64,000 nucleotides of DNA. Source: an uncultured Oscillospiraceae bacterium (GTDB taxonomy: Bacteria > Bacillota > Clostridia > Oscillospirales > Oscillospiraceae). The position numbers and the translations under genes were made by a program. Shown one piece after another: positions 45,584 through 54,632 of this stretch. The first letter of the stretch is position 1. The number at the start of each line of letters is the position of its first letter. The stretch lies in assembly GCA_964625595.1 (NCBI GenBank), contig CAZVDH010000001.1:9940-73939 (forward strand), in the 5' to 3' direction. Below the pieces are notes generated by a model. The model made no database searches. It worked only from the letters and a program-made list of their open reading frames with translations, and was not told the origin of the DNA.

Positions 45584-45686
45584 TGGTAAGCCCCCTTTCT
45601 GTGCGGAACACCGGTTGTTACAGGAAGCATTATACACGCTGCCCCCCAAAAAAGCAACCGCAAAGTGTTCCCGGGTAAACCCACAG

Positions 45687-45716
45687 GCACTTTTCCAGGC
45701 AGAGGCTCATATAGTA
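45687..45716 (+). promoter_or_regulatory. sigK-like promoter
   Basis: GCAC-N17-CATATAGTA. Confidence 0.55.
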
Positions 45717-45745
45717 GTTCAGGAACATTCTCAGGAGGGATTGCA

Positions 45746-45976
45746 ATGGATCATTTGCCCGATACACCGATGGACATGTCCCAGATCATGCGCATGGCCC
45801 AGTCCCCTGCCGGAAAAAAGCTGATTGCGCTGCTTAAGCAAAACGACAGCGATGAAATGCAGCAGGCAATGAAACAGGCTTCTGACGGGGATTACAGCCA
45901 AGCGAAGAAAGCCATTGAAAAATTTCTGTCCACACCGGAAGCCAGCGCACTGATCGAGCAGTTAAGGGGGAAATAA
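45746..45976 (+). CDS. Hypothetical helical protein (probable spore protein)
   Basis: SD AGGAGG; first gene of a three-gene operon. Confidence 0.75.
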   Translation: MDHLPDTPMDMSQIMRMAQSPAGKKLIALLKQNDSDEMQQAMKQASDGDYSQAKKAIEKFLSTPEASALIEQLRGK

Positions 45977-46363
45977 ATGGAAGGTATGGAGGAGAAACTG
46001 GGGGCGATTCTGGAAAACCCTCAGCTCATGCAGCAGATCATGCAGCTTGCCCAGTCGGTCAATGCCCCAAATCCATCTCAGAGCCGGAACCCGTCAAAAA
46101 AAGAAGAGCCGCCCCAAAAGGTTTCTCTTCCGGATCCGGACACCGGCGCAGGTTTAGACCCTGCCATGCTTGTTAAGCTTGCCGGGATCGCCGGGAAAAG
46201 CAATATTGATTCCAATCAGAAAGCCCTGCTTCGGGCACTGACCCCTTATCTCAGCCGGGACCGGGTAGCAAAATTGGAAAAAGCCATGCGGGCGGCAAAA
46301 ATCGCCAGCATGGCATCCGCCTTTCTGAATTCCGGCGGCATGAAGCTGCTGTCCGGGAGGTGA
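45977..46363 (+). CDS. Hypothetical protein (probable spore protein)
   Basis: Abuts the upstream stop codon; ALLRAL.PYLS.DR..KL.KA motif. Confidence 0.8.
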   Translation: MEGMEEKLGAILENPQLMQQIMQLAQSVNAPNPSQSRNPSKKEEPPQKVSLPDPDTGAGLDPAMLVKLAGIAGKSNIDSNQKALLRALTPYLSRDRVAKLEKAMRAAKIASMASAFLNSGGMKLLSGR

Positions 46364-46369
46364 AACCAC

Positions 46370-46780
46370 ATGTATAACCGCTATGTTCCCCAGTCGGACG
46401 GGACATTTCGCAAAAGCCGCGTTCCGGAAGCCCAGAAAGCAGCCCCCAGAAAGCCCTCTCAGCCCCCCAAACCGCCGGAAAAACCGGGACTTTCTCAGCC
46501 GCTATGTAAGCCCAGTACCCGTCCGCCCATGACATACCGCCGACAGCCGCCGCGACCGGAACCCTGCCTGAATAAGCCAGCGGAGCCGGTTCCCGAAAAA
46601 GCAGAACCCTGCCCGCCGGGAAAGGATGGTGGGATAGGCTCTTTTCTGCGCCAGCTTCTGCCAAAGGGTCTGTGCACGGAAGACTTTTTCGTTATCCTTT
46701 TGCTGCTTCTCATGTGCGGCGATAACGAGGAGGGAAAAAACAACGCGCTGCTGACCCTTGTAATTTATCTGTTTTTGTAG
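46370..46780 (+). CDS. Pro-rich hypothetical protein with hydrophobic C-terminus (probable spore coat protein)
   Basis: SD GGAGGTG; MYNRY.. start, Pro/Lys linker, EDFFVILLLLL..ALLTLVIYLFL. Confidence 0.75.
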   Translation: MYNRYVPQSDGTFRKSRVPEAQKAAPRKPSQPPKPPEKPGLSQPLCKPSTRPPMTYRRQPPRPEPCLNKPAEPVPEKAEPCPPGKDGGIGSFLRQLLPKGLCTEDFFVILLLLLMCGDNEEGKNNALLTLVIYLFL

Positions 46781-46827
46781 CACAGGGTACGCCGTATGCG
46801 GCAAAAAGGTTTTACCGGAACGCAAAT

Positions 46828-46860
46828 GCCGCCTCCCCGTTTTAAGGGGAGGCGGCAAAA
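46828..46860. terminator. Bidirectional terminator
   Basis: GCCGCCTCCCC/GGGGAGGCGGC. Confidence 0.75.
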
Positions 46861-46869
46861 CATTTACAA

Positions 46870-47130
46870 TCAATAGACATCGCGCTGAAGGAGCGCTTCC
46901 AGGGCATTAACCGCAGCCTCCGCATCAGGGCCGACCGCGCTGAGGGTAATGGTGGAACCGGTTACAATCCCCAGAGACATGATGCCGAGCAGGCTCTTGG
47001 CATTCATCTTCCGGTTGTCGGACTCCAGCCAGATGCTGCTCTCAAACTCATTTGCTTTCTGCACAAAGTATGTAGCCTGACGGTTGTGCAGCCCGGATTC
47101 ACAACGAACAACAACTTCCTTATTGAACAT
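46870..47130 (-). CDS. HPr-family phosphocarrier protein
   Basis: GLHNRQAT (His15 region) and NAKSLLGIMSLG (Ser46 region); own promoter TTGACT-N17-TATGAT. Confidence 0.9.
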   Translation of the reverse strand: MFNKEVVVRCESGLHNRQATYFVQKANEFESSIWLESDNRKMNAKSLLGIMSLGIVTGSTITLSAVGPDAEAAVNALEALLQRDVY

Positions 47131-47353
47131 TCCAAACACTCCTTTTCATCACATCTCAGGAAGATGCGACGGGTCTTGAATTATCATACCATTTTTATCA
47201 GAAAAGTCAATCTTTTTTCAGAAATATCCCGGTGCAATTGATAGGAAAAACACAGATGGCACAACGTAATTCGTCACATCCCCCCGATTTTTGGAAAACT
47301 ATGCGAACGTTCTGTAATGCAGGGGGGCAAACGGTGCCCTCCCCATTACATTG

Positions 47354-49732
47354 TCACACAAATTCCGCAATGGTGACGCCGTCCTCACCCTCGCCGTAGA
47401 CACCCAGCCGGTAGCTCTTAATAAATTTGTTTTTCCGCAGCGATTGCCCAACGGCATTCCGCAGGGCCCCGGTGCCCTTGCCGTGGATGATCCGTACGGA
47501 AGAAAGCTTTGCACGCATGGCCTCGTCCAGATACCGGTCAAGCACGCAGATAGCCTCCACGGTGTCCATGCCCCGCAGGTCGATCTCCGAAGACATGGCG
47601 CTCATTTTCATCTCCCTGCCGGAATGGGCGGGGTGACCGCCTTTCTGCTTATAGGGATTTTCATTTTCCAGCAGATAAATTTCATCCGCCCGGGCATTCA
47701 TTTTCAGGATGCCCGCCTGGAGCTGATAGGTTCCATCCTTGTTGATGGCAAGAACGCTGGCCTTGGTGCCAAGCTTCAGAAGTTCCACCGTATCCCCCAC
47801 CAGGATCCCCCGGCTGGGCTTGGGACGCTGGGCCTGGGGCTGGTGGGCGCTGAGCTTTTCCTCCGTCTCATTCAGCGTTCGGCGGATCTCCGCCTGGCGC
47901 TGGTTAAGGCCCGTGGTGTCCGCGCTGTCCTGGAGCTGCTTACGCAGGGCTTTCAGTTCCTCCGACGCAAGATTCGCAGCGGCTCTCGCTTCCTGGATGA
48001 TGCCCTGAGCCTCCCTCCGCGCGGACTCCATGGCTTTTTCCTTTTCTTTACGAAGCTGCTGGTTGAATTCCTCGCTCTGCTGCTTGATCTTTTCCGTTTC
48101 CGCTTTCAGCCGCTCCGCTTCCATACGGGCGGATTCCATCTGCTGACGCTGCTGCTCCAGCTGGGAAAGAACATCCTCAAAATCCTTATCACTCTTGCTG
48201 ACCAGGTTTTCCGCGTCCTTTAAAATTTCCTCCGGAAGCCCCAGCTTCCGGGAAATGGCAAATGCGTTGGATTTACCGGGGATGCCGATAAGCAGCCGGT
48301 AGGTAGGCTGCAGCGTCTCCACGTCAAACTCGCAGGAGGCGTTGATGACTCCGGAAGTCCGCATGGCATAGAGCTTCAGCTCTGCATAGTGGGTGGTGGC
48401 AACCACCCGGCTGCCCATCTTCCGGCTGAACTCGATGAGAGCTACCGCCAGCGCTGCGCCCTCGGCAGGGTCCGTACCGGCACCCAGCTCGTCAAAGAGC
48501 ACCAGGGTGCGGTCATCACACTGCTCTACCACATCCACAATGGTGCGCATGTGGCTGGAAAAGGTGGACAGGCTCTGGGCAATGGACTGTTCGTCACCAA
48601 TATCCGCTAAAATCGCGTCAAAGGTGGACAGGGTGCTGCCGTCCCCGGCGGGGACATGGAGGCCGCACTCCGCCATCAGCGTCAGGATACCGATGGTTTT
48701 CAGGGTCACTGTTTTGCCGCCGGTATTGGGGCCGGTAATAATCATAGTGTCGAAGTCCGAGCCAAGGCGCAGGGAAATGGGCACCACTTTTTTCGGGTCG
48801 ATCAGAGGGTGCCGGGCGTTTCGCAGTTCGATCTTTCCCTGATCGTTCATAATGGGAGCCCAGGCCCGCATTTTGTAGGCAAGCTTGGCCTTGGCAAAGA
48901 TCACATCCAGCTGAACCAGAACGGAATAGCTGAGATTGATGTCCTCGGCATGGGCTGCCGCCTCGGCTGACAGCTCCGCGAGGATACGCTCGATCTCTTT
49001 CTTTTCTTTCAGCTCCAGCTCCCGCAGAGCGTTATTCACGTTTACCGCAGACATGGGCTCAATAAAGTAGGTGGAGCCCGTAGCCGATACATCGTGGACA
49101 AGCCCCGGCACATCATTCCTGCATTCCGACTTCACCGGCACCACATACCGTCCCTGGCGAATGGTGATAATGGGTTCGCGCAGAAACTTGCTGTAGGCCG
49201 GAGAGGAAATGACCTTTTGCAGGCTGTCCCGGATCTTTCCCGCCTGAATCCGCATATGCCGCCGGATATCCGAAAGTTCCGCTGACGCGGTATCCGCGAT
49301 CTCCTCCTCGGAAAGAATGGCTCCGAAAATCCGGTCTTCCAGGTATTTGTTAGGGGTCAGCGCGGAAAAGAGAGGATCCAGAACCGTTGCCGCGTCATCC
49401 TCGGCAACATAGCTTTTCATCTGCCGGGTACTGCGGAGCACCCCAGCTATCTTCAGCAGCTCAGCAGGCTGGAGACTGCCGCCCCGGTCCGCCCGCTCCA
49501 GACTGGAGGAAACATCGTTCACGTCCCCGAAAACCGGATTTCCCTTTCGGGTACAAAGGGCGGAGGCTGCCGTGGTCTGTTCCAGGAGGGCGTTAACATC
49601 CTCCAGATCTGATGTGGGCCGCAGGGCAAGGCAGGCCTCTTTTCCTCCGGCACTGCCCGCGCATTCTGCAAGCAGAGTTAGGACCTGGTCCAGCTCCAGC
49701 TTGGCGAGAGATTTTTCATACAATTCCGACAT
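47354..49732 (-). CDS. mutS2: Endonuclease MutS2 (RqcU)
   Basis: ITGPNTGGKT, LSTFSSH, DELGAGTDP, coiled coil, KOW, Smr domain (IIHGKGTG). Confidence 0.97.
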   Translation of the reverse strand: MSELYEKSLAKLELDQVLTLLAECAGSAGGKEACLALRPTSDLEDVNALLEQTTAASALCTRKGNPVFGDVNDVSSSLERADRGGSLQPAELLKIAGVLRSTRQMKSYVAEDDAATVLDPLFSALTPNKYLEDRIFGAILSEEEIADTASAELSDIRRHMRIQAGKIRDSLQKVISSPAYSKFLREPIITIRQGRYVVPVKSECRNDVPGLVHDVSATGSTYFIEPMSAVNVNNALRELELKEKKEIERILAELSAEAAAHAEDINLSYSVLVQLDVIFAKAKLAYKMRAWAPIMNDQGKIELRNARHPLIDPKKVVPISLRLGSDFDTMIITGPNTGGKTVTLKTIGILTLMAECGLHVPAGDGSTLSTFDAILADIGDEQSIAQSLSTFSSHMRTIVDVVEQCDDRTLVLFDELGAGTDPAEGAALAVALIEFSRKMGSRVVATTHYAELKLYAMRTSGVINASCEFDVETLQPTYRLLIGIPGKSNAFAISRKLGLPEEILKDAENLVSKSDKDFEDVLSQLEQQRQQMESARMEAERLKAETEKIKQQSEEFNQQLRKEKEKAMESARREAQGIIQEARAAANLASEELKALRKQLQDSADTTGLNQRQAEIRRTLNETEEKLSAHQPQAQRPKPSRGILVGDTVELLKLGTKASVLAINKDGTYQLQAGILKMNARADEIYLLENENPYKQKGGHPAHSGREMKMSAMSSEIDLRGMDTVEAICVLDRYLDEAMRAKLSSVRIIHGKGTGALRNAVGQSLRKNKFIKSYRLGVYGEGEDGVTIAEFV

Positions 49733-49741
49733 GGTTTTCTC

Positions 49742-50512
49742 CTATGTTCCGCCCCTGCCCGGAAGATACGGCTCCGTAAACAGGGACTTGTAAAATTCCA
49801 GAGCGAAAAAGCTTTTTTCCGTCTGGGTTGCTAAGTAGGCTTCCGTCAGGGCCGAAAGCTTTACAAGGGTATCCTCCCCGATTCGGAAAGAAAACAGTTT
49901 CTTGGGATCACACAGGCATATGTAGCGCATGGCTTCCAGAACACCGGGGGTAACAGGGATCCGGATCCCATCTCCCTCTCCCCGGCAGCCGGCGCATTCC
50001 AGCTCTCCGGCGGACAGGTCAAACCGGTCCGGGGTCTGGCTTCCGCAGACATGGCAGCCGAACAGCGCCGGGGTAAATCCGGCAATACAGGCTACCCGCA
50101 GTTCAAAAACCGCTTTGACCAGCATTTCCGGCAGCTTCAAGACAGAAAGGGCATGCAGGCAGTTTAGAAGCAGGGACGTAAGCTCCGGGCTGGGCTGGTC
50201 CTCCTGGGAAACCAGCTCACATACCTGGGCGAAATAGGAACCCAGGCTCAGCCGGGTCAGTTCCCGCCGCAGCCCCTGGAACAGCTCCAGGGACCGGGCC
50301 TCGTTGATGGTATACTGGCCCCGGTATTCAAATAACGTAAATTCCCCATAAGCAAGGAGTTGGCAGGGGGCGGTCAGGGGACTGTTTTTTCGCCGCAGGC
50401 CCCGGGCTTTCACCGTCAGCTTCCCGTGGGCCTGACTGAGGACCGTCAGCAGCGCATCCCGGTCATTGTAATCCGTTACCCGCAGGACAACGCCCCGGAT
50501 CGTCAGGTACAT
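49742..50512 (-). CDS. recO: DNA repair protein RecO
   Basis: N-terminal OB fold (GVVLR..DRD.L..HGK...ARG), CxxC..CxxC Zn finger; downstream of era. Confidence 0.93.
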   Translation of the reverse strand: MYLTIRGVVLRVTDYNDRDALLTVLSQAHGKLTVKARGLRRKNSPLTAPCQLLAYGEFTLFEYRGQYTINEARSLELFQGLRRELTRLSLGSYFAQVCELVSQEDQPSPELTSLLLNCLHALSVLKLPEMLVKAVFELRVACIAGFTPALFGCHVCGSQTPDRFDLSAGELECAGCRGEGDGIRIPVTPGVLEAMRYICLCDPKKLFSFRIGEDTLVKLSALTEAYLATQTEKSFFALEFYKSLFTEPYLPGRGGT

Positions 50513-50606
50513 GATGTTCCTCCATCTTCATTGCCTTGCTGTAGGCAAGATATGCCTCCGGCGCACCGGTCTCCAAAAACAGGTGCCAGTAATCCGCAGC
50601 GTTCAT
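50463..50606 (-). CDS. YqzL-like small protein (47 aa)
   Basis: Not in the ORF track. MNAADYWHLFLETGAPEAYLAY (W..F..TG...AYL.Y motif); SD GGGAGG; conserved era-yqzL-recO position. Confidence 0.8.
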   Translation of the reverse strand: MNAADYWHLFLETGAPEAYLAYSKAMKMEEHHVPDDPGRCPAGNGLQ

Positions 50607-50679
50607 TCTTCATCCCTCCCGGGATTAGGATTTGCCGCCGTGAAAATTTTACCCCCGGAAAAATCCGTCAATCAAGCGG

Positions 50680-51567
50680 TCAATCTTTATAGCCAAAGTT
50701 GCGGACAAGGAAATCGCTGTCCCGCCAGTTTTCCTTGACTTTTACCCAGGTGGTCAGATACACCTTGGTGCCCATGAACTTCTCGCAGTCCGCCCGGGCC
50801 AGTGTGGAGATCTTTTTCAGCATGTCCCCATGCTTTCCGATAATGATTCCCTTGTGGCTGGCTTTTTCACAGTAAATGGTGGCATCGATGTCAATAATGC
50901 CGTTGTCCCGCTCGGAAAACTTGGTGATCTCCACAGCGGTGCCGTGGGGGATCTCCCGGTCCAGGCACCACAGAAGCTTCTCCCGGATGATCTCCGCCAT
51001 CACCTGCCGCTCCGGCTGGTCGGTGGTGGCATCCTCCGGGAAGAGGAACGGTCCGGGCTGGGCATACTTTTCACATACGGACAGCAGTTCCTCCACCCCG
51101 TCGCCGGTTTTCGCGGAAATGGGAATGACCGCGTCAAAGGATGCTGCCTTGGCGTAGACATCCATGACCTCCAGAAGCTTATCCTTTTCCACGGTATCGA
51201 TCTTATTAATAACCAGAATGCCGGGGCAGCCGCTGGCCTGGATCTTCCGGATCAGCCCTTCCTCCTGGGGCCCGACGGCGGGGATGGGCTCCACCACGAG
51301 CAGGGTAAGATCCACATCCGCGATAGATTCCCGAGCCACATTTACCATGTAATCTCCCAGCTTGGTTCTGGGCCGGTGGAAGCCTGGCGTGTCCACAAAG
51401 ACAAACTGGGTTTCCCCACGGGTGAGAATGCCGCAGATCCGGTTTCTTGTGGTCTGAGGTTTATTGGATACTATGGCGATTTTTTCCCCCACCAGGTAGT
51501 TCGTCAGGGTGGACTTACCCACATTGGGCCGTCCGGCAATGGTAATCATGGCGGTTTTCGTGTTCAT
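50680..51567 (-). CDS. era: GTPase Era
   Basis: GRPNVGKS, QTTR, DTPG, NKID, KH domain (GIIIGK.G). Confidence 0.98.
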   Translation of the reverse strand: MNTKTAMITIAGRPNVGKSTLTNYLVGEKIAIVSNKPQTTRNRICGILTRGETQFVFVDTPGFHRPRTKLGDYMVNVARESIADVDLTLLVVEPIPAVGPQEEGLIRKIQASGCPGILVINKIDTVEKDKLLEVMDVYAKAASFDAVIPISAKTGDGVEELLSVCEKYAQPGPFLFPEDATTDQPERQVMAEIIREKLLWCLDREIPHGTAVEITKFSERDNGIIDIDATIYCEKASHKGIIIGKHGDMLKKISTLARADCEKFMGTKVYLTTWVKVKENWRDSDFLVRNFGYKD

Positions 51568-52076
51568 TTCTTATCTTCCTCTCTGGTCATCCCCGGAATG
51601 GAGGCCGCGATCTGCTCCTCCCGCCGGCGCATCTGCCGTTTCTGTGGGCCCTCGTCCAGGTGGTCATAGCCCAGTAAATGGAGCATGGAGTGAATGGTCA
51701 GGTACCCTACCTCCCGGCGCAGGCTGTGGCCGAACTCATAGGCCTGAGCCTGGGCACGCTCCAGGGAAATGCACATATCCCCCAGGGGGCACAGCCCGGT
51801 CTCCGGGTCTAAGTATTCCGTCCAGTCCTCCGGAAGCTTTCCCGGGGTAAAAGAAAACATGGGAAAGCTCAATACATCCGTGGGACTGTCGATATTCCGG
51901 CTCTCCCGGTTTACGGTCCGGATTCCCGCGTCGTCCGTAACCAGGACATTGATCTCGCAGGGCACTTTCACGCCCTCCGCATTCAGCGTACCCTGAATAC
52001 AGGCGCGGATAATGGCAGGCACCGTCAGGCGGCGGAGGCTCAATTCTTCAAAAACCAAATTGATCTTATGTTTCAT
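51564..52076 (-). CDS. ybeY: rRNA maturation RNase YbeY
   Basis: PTDVLSFP, HSMLHLLGYDH. Confidence 0.97.
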   Translation of the reverse strand: MKHKINLVFEELSLRRLTVPAIIRACIQGTLNAEGVKVPCEINVLVTDDAGIRTVNRESRNIDSPTDVLSFPMFSFTPGKLPEDWTEYLDPETGLCPLGDMCISLERAQAQAYEFGHSLRREVGYLTIHSMLHLLGYDHLDEGPQKRQMRRREEQIAASIPGMTREEDKK

Positions 52077-53095
52077 TTTGTTTTCCTCTGATACCGGCCA
52101 TGAAATTCCTGGCTCGGCCTTTTAATTTCCGTTTTTTTACTGTCCGCCCGCTCGTAGGCGTTGATGATCTCCTGAACCAGGGCATGACGGACCACATCGG
52201 CGCTTGTCAGGCGGCAGATGGCAATATCCTTTACCCCGCCAAGCACCCGGATGGCATCTTTCAGGCCGGAAACCTTGTCATCCGGCAGATCGATCTGGGT
52301 AACGTCACCGGTAATGACGATCTTGGAGCCGAAGCCGAGACGGGTCAGGAACATCTTCATCTGCTCCCGGGTTGTGTTCTGGGCCTCATCCAGGATGATA
52401 AAGCTGTCATCCAACGTCCTGCCCCGCATATATGCCAGCGGCGCCACTTCAATGGACCCCCGCTCCTGGTATTTCTGGAAGGTCTCCGCCCCAAGCATAT
52501 CGTACAGAGCATCATACAGCGGACGAAGATACGGATCCACCTTGTTCTGCAGGTCGCCTGGGAGGAAGCCCAGACGCTCTCCCGCTTCCACCGCAGGCCG
52601 GGTCAGGATGATCCGATTCACTGTCCGCTCCCGGAACGCGGCCACCGCTGCTGCCACCGCCAGGTAAGTTTTTCCTGTGCCCGCGGGGCCAACGCCGATG
52701 GTCACGGTATTCTTGAGGATCGCTTTCATATAGGTCTGCTGGCCAACGGTCTTTGCCTTAATGGGCTTTCCCTTGGCGGTGATGCACACCACGTCCTTGC
52801 CCCACTGGTTCACCAGCTGCTCATTTCCCTCATTCACCAACGTGATAAGATAGCGCACCCGCTGCTCGTCGATGGTTTCGCCCCGGGAAGCCAGGGACAG
52901 GAGGCTCTCCAAAGTCTTTGCCGCCTTATCCACCATTTCTTCATCCCCGGTGATTTTCAGGTCCGTGCCACGGTTGATGATGCGCACATTCAGCGCTTCC
53001 TCGATCCGCCGGATATTTTCATCGAAAGAACCGAAAACCGAAATCAGGTCATCCACCCGCTCCACATTGATCATTCGTTCAATCTGATTGCCCAT
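52073..53095 (-). CDS. phoH: PhoH-family ATPase
   Basis: GPAGTGKT, LGFLPG, RGRT, DEAQN, GDVTQID. Confidence 0.95.
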   Translation of the reverse strand: MGNQIERMINVERVDDLISVFGSFDENIRRIEEALNVRIINRGTDLKITGDEEMVDKAAKTLESLLSLASRGETIDEQRVRYLITLVNEGNEQLVNQWGKDVVCITAKGKPIKAKTVGQQTYMKAILKNTVTIGVGPAGTGKTYLAVAAAVAAFRERTVNRIILTRPAVEAGERLGFLPGDLQNKVDPYLRPLYDALYDMLGAETFQKYQERGSIEVAPLAYMRGRTLDDSFIILDEAQNTTREQMKMFLTRLGFGSKIVITGDVTQIDLPDDKVSGLKDAIRVLGGVKDIAICRLTSADVVRHALVQEIINAYERADSKKTEIKRPSQEFHGRYQRKTK

Positions 53096-54278
53096 GGTTT
53101 TCTCCCATCTCCTCGGCACGCTCTCTGCCGATCATTTCCAGGCAGTCGTACTGCCCGGTCAAAACATATCCTCCCGCCTGGGGAAATACCGATTCCACAG
53201 CATACAGGATTTTCCCCGCTACCATTTGCGAAGTAAGATAGTCATCCGCAAAGGCTTTCAGTTCTGTCTGGGCAGACGCTTCCTCCGACGCCGTGGGTTC
53301 CGCATTCCAAAAGGTCAGCTTCTCCACCGCCAGCGCCACGGGAAGCTGAAACCCTCCGGGCAGAACAAGCGGATATTCTGTTTCTATTCTACCACAACTG
53401 CTATCCCAAATTCCACTCCCTTTCCATAAATTTATGCGTTTTTTTCCGAGGATCAAGCTGTACCGGACGGCGGATCCGGTCAGTTCCGTCCTCTCAGCCC
53501 ATTCTGACGGGGCAATCACCGTTATTACCCTGCGGGTGCGGGCATAAACCTCTCCCTTGGCCCATGCCGCACGGATGGAGATGCCGCAGTCGGTATAGCC
53601 GGAAATCAGAACCTGCCCCTGCCGCACCGCCTGACCGGGGGTACATTTCGAAGTTCCCTCCAGCACTGTGCAGGAGACAATAACACCGTCCCGGGCTGCC
53701 ACAACACTGCCGACCCGGTTTTCTTCTTCCTCCGTCTTTTCCTCTGGGGTGCGCTCCCGGACGGAGATCACCGCCGTGCAGCCAAGGGTATTGACCCCGG
53801 CCCATTGAAGCTCAGGAATGGCACCAAGCAGTGCGTTTTTGATCCGCTCGCTGCGGACCCCACGGCGGGATGCGCCAAAATGAATGCCAAGTGCTTCCGC
53901 TGCTTCCAGAATCTGCCTGTCCGGGAGCGTGCTGTTTCCCTCCACCCGGACAAAAAGCACCCGGGTCGGAAGATACAGCGTCAGAAACAACAGCAGGCCG
54001 ACACCCAGAACCAATACCGGCCTGGCGAAAAAACGTTTCACAGTCCAGTAGATACCTAGGGTGCGCTTAACCGAAAGGCGGTCCCCTCTTTTTTCACACA
54101 GCTTTCTCAGGGCAGTAAGATCCTTTCGAAAGACCCGTAGATGCATTACCAGCGCTTCTTTGCGGGTAACGGCAAACACCGCAATGTTTTTTTCTGCCGC
54201 GGAAGCCAGAGTCCCCTCCGGGTCGGCGCTGGTCAGCTCCGCCTCCACCATCCCCGCCAGCGAATTCCATAGGTTCAT
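53079..54278 (-). CDS. yqfD: Sporulation protein YqfD
   Basis: TM plus POTRA-like region, VAARDGVI..G.VLISG; between yqfC and phoH. Confidence 0.9.
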   Translation of the reverse strand: MNLWNSLAGMVEAELTSADPEGTLASAAEKNIAVFAVTRKEALVMHLRVFRKDLTALRKLCEKRGDRLSVKRTLGIYWTVKRFFARPVLVLGVGLLLFLTLYLPTRVLFVRVEGNSTLPDRQILEAAEALGIHFGASRRGVRSERIKNALLGAIPELQWAGVNTLGCTAVISVRERTPEEKTEEEENRVGSVVAARDGVIVSCTVLEGTSKCTPGQAVRQGQVLISGYTDCGISIRAAWAKGEVYARTRRVITVIAPSEWAERTELTGSAVRYSLILGKKRINLWKGSGIWDSSCGRIETEYPLVLPGGFQLPVALAVEKLTFWNAEPTASEEASAQTELKAFADDYLTSQMVAGKILYAVESVFPQAGGYVLTGQYDCLEMIGRERAEEMGENHGQSD

Positions 54279-54559
54279 GGTCTGCCCCTCCGAATCAAAT
54301 TTACACTGTCGATGCGTCCGGCGATCACCAGTCGCTCTTTCGTCATCTGTTTCAGCTCAAGCCCGCAGCCAATGACGCAGACCGTTCCGTAGTTGACACG
54401 AACCCCGATCCGCTCGGCGCTGTATTGGGTCACGCCGCCGTGGTTTTCGATAAGTACACGGCGGTCCCCTGCCAGTTCCACAACCGTCTGTCCCGGAAGC
54501 GGCTCCCCCGGCAGATCGGCCCCCTCCGCCAGACGTTCCAGAAACCGAACACCTCTCAT
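54275..54559 (-). CDS. yqfC: Sporulation protein YqfC (YabP family)
   Basis: VLIENHGGV..Y..I.G.I; operon with yqfD. Confidence 0.88.
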   Translation of the reverse strand: MRGVRFLERLAEGADLPGEPLPGQTVVELAGDRRVLIENHGGVTQYSAERIGVRVNYGTVCVIGCGLELKQMTKERLVIAGRIDSVNLIRRGRP

Positions 54560-54578
54560 GGTCTCACCCCTTTTGGAA

Positions 54579-54614
54579 AGCATATGAATGGGAAGCGGAC
54601 GAATTGCATAGATT
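54579..54614. promoter_or_regulatory. Overlapping divergent sigE-like promoters for yqfC and ylbJ
   Basis: -10 CATATGCT (minus strand, 54586-54579) and CATAGATT (plus strand, 54607-54614). Confidence 0.55.
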
Positions 54615-54632
54615 CTTCCGAGGTGATCGTCT

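Noticed and set aside
47311-47350. Hairpin after mutS2 as a possible ncRNA
   Set aside because: Position and shape fit a simple terminator-like stem; no further conserved structure is recognisable.
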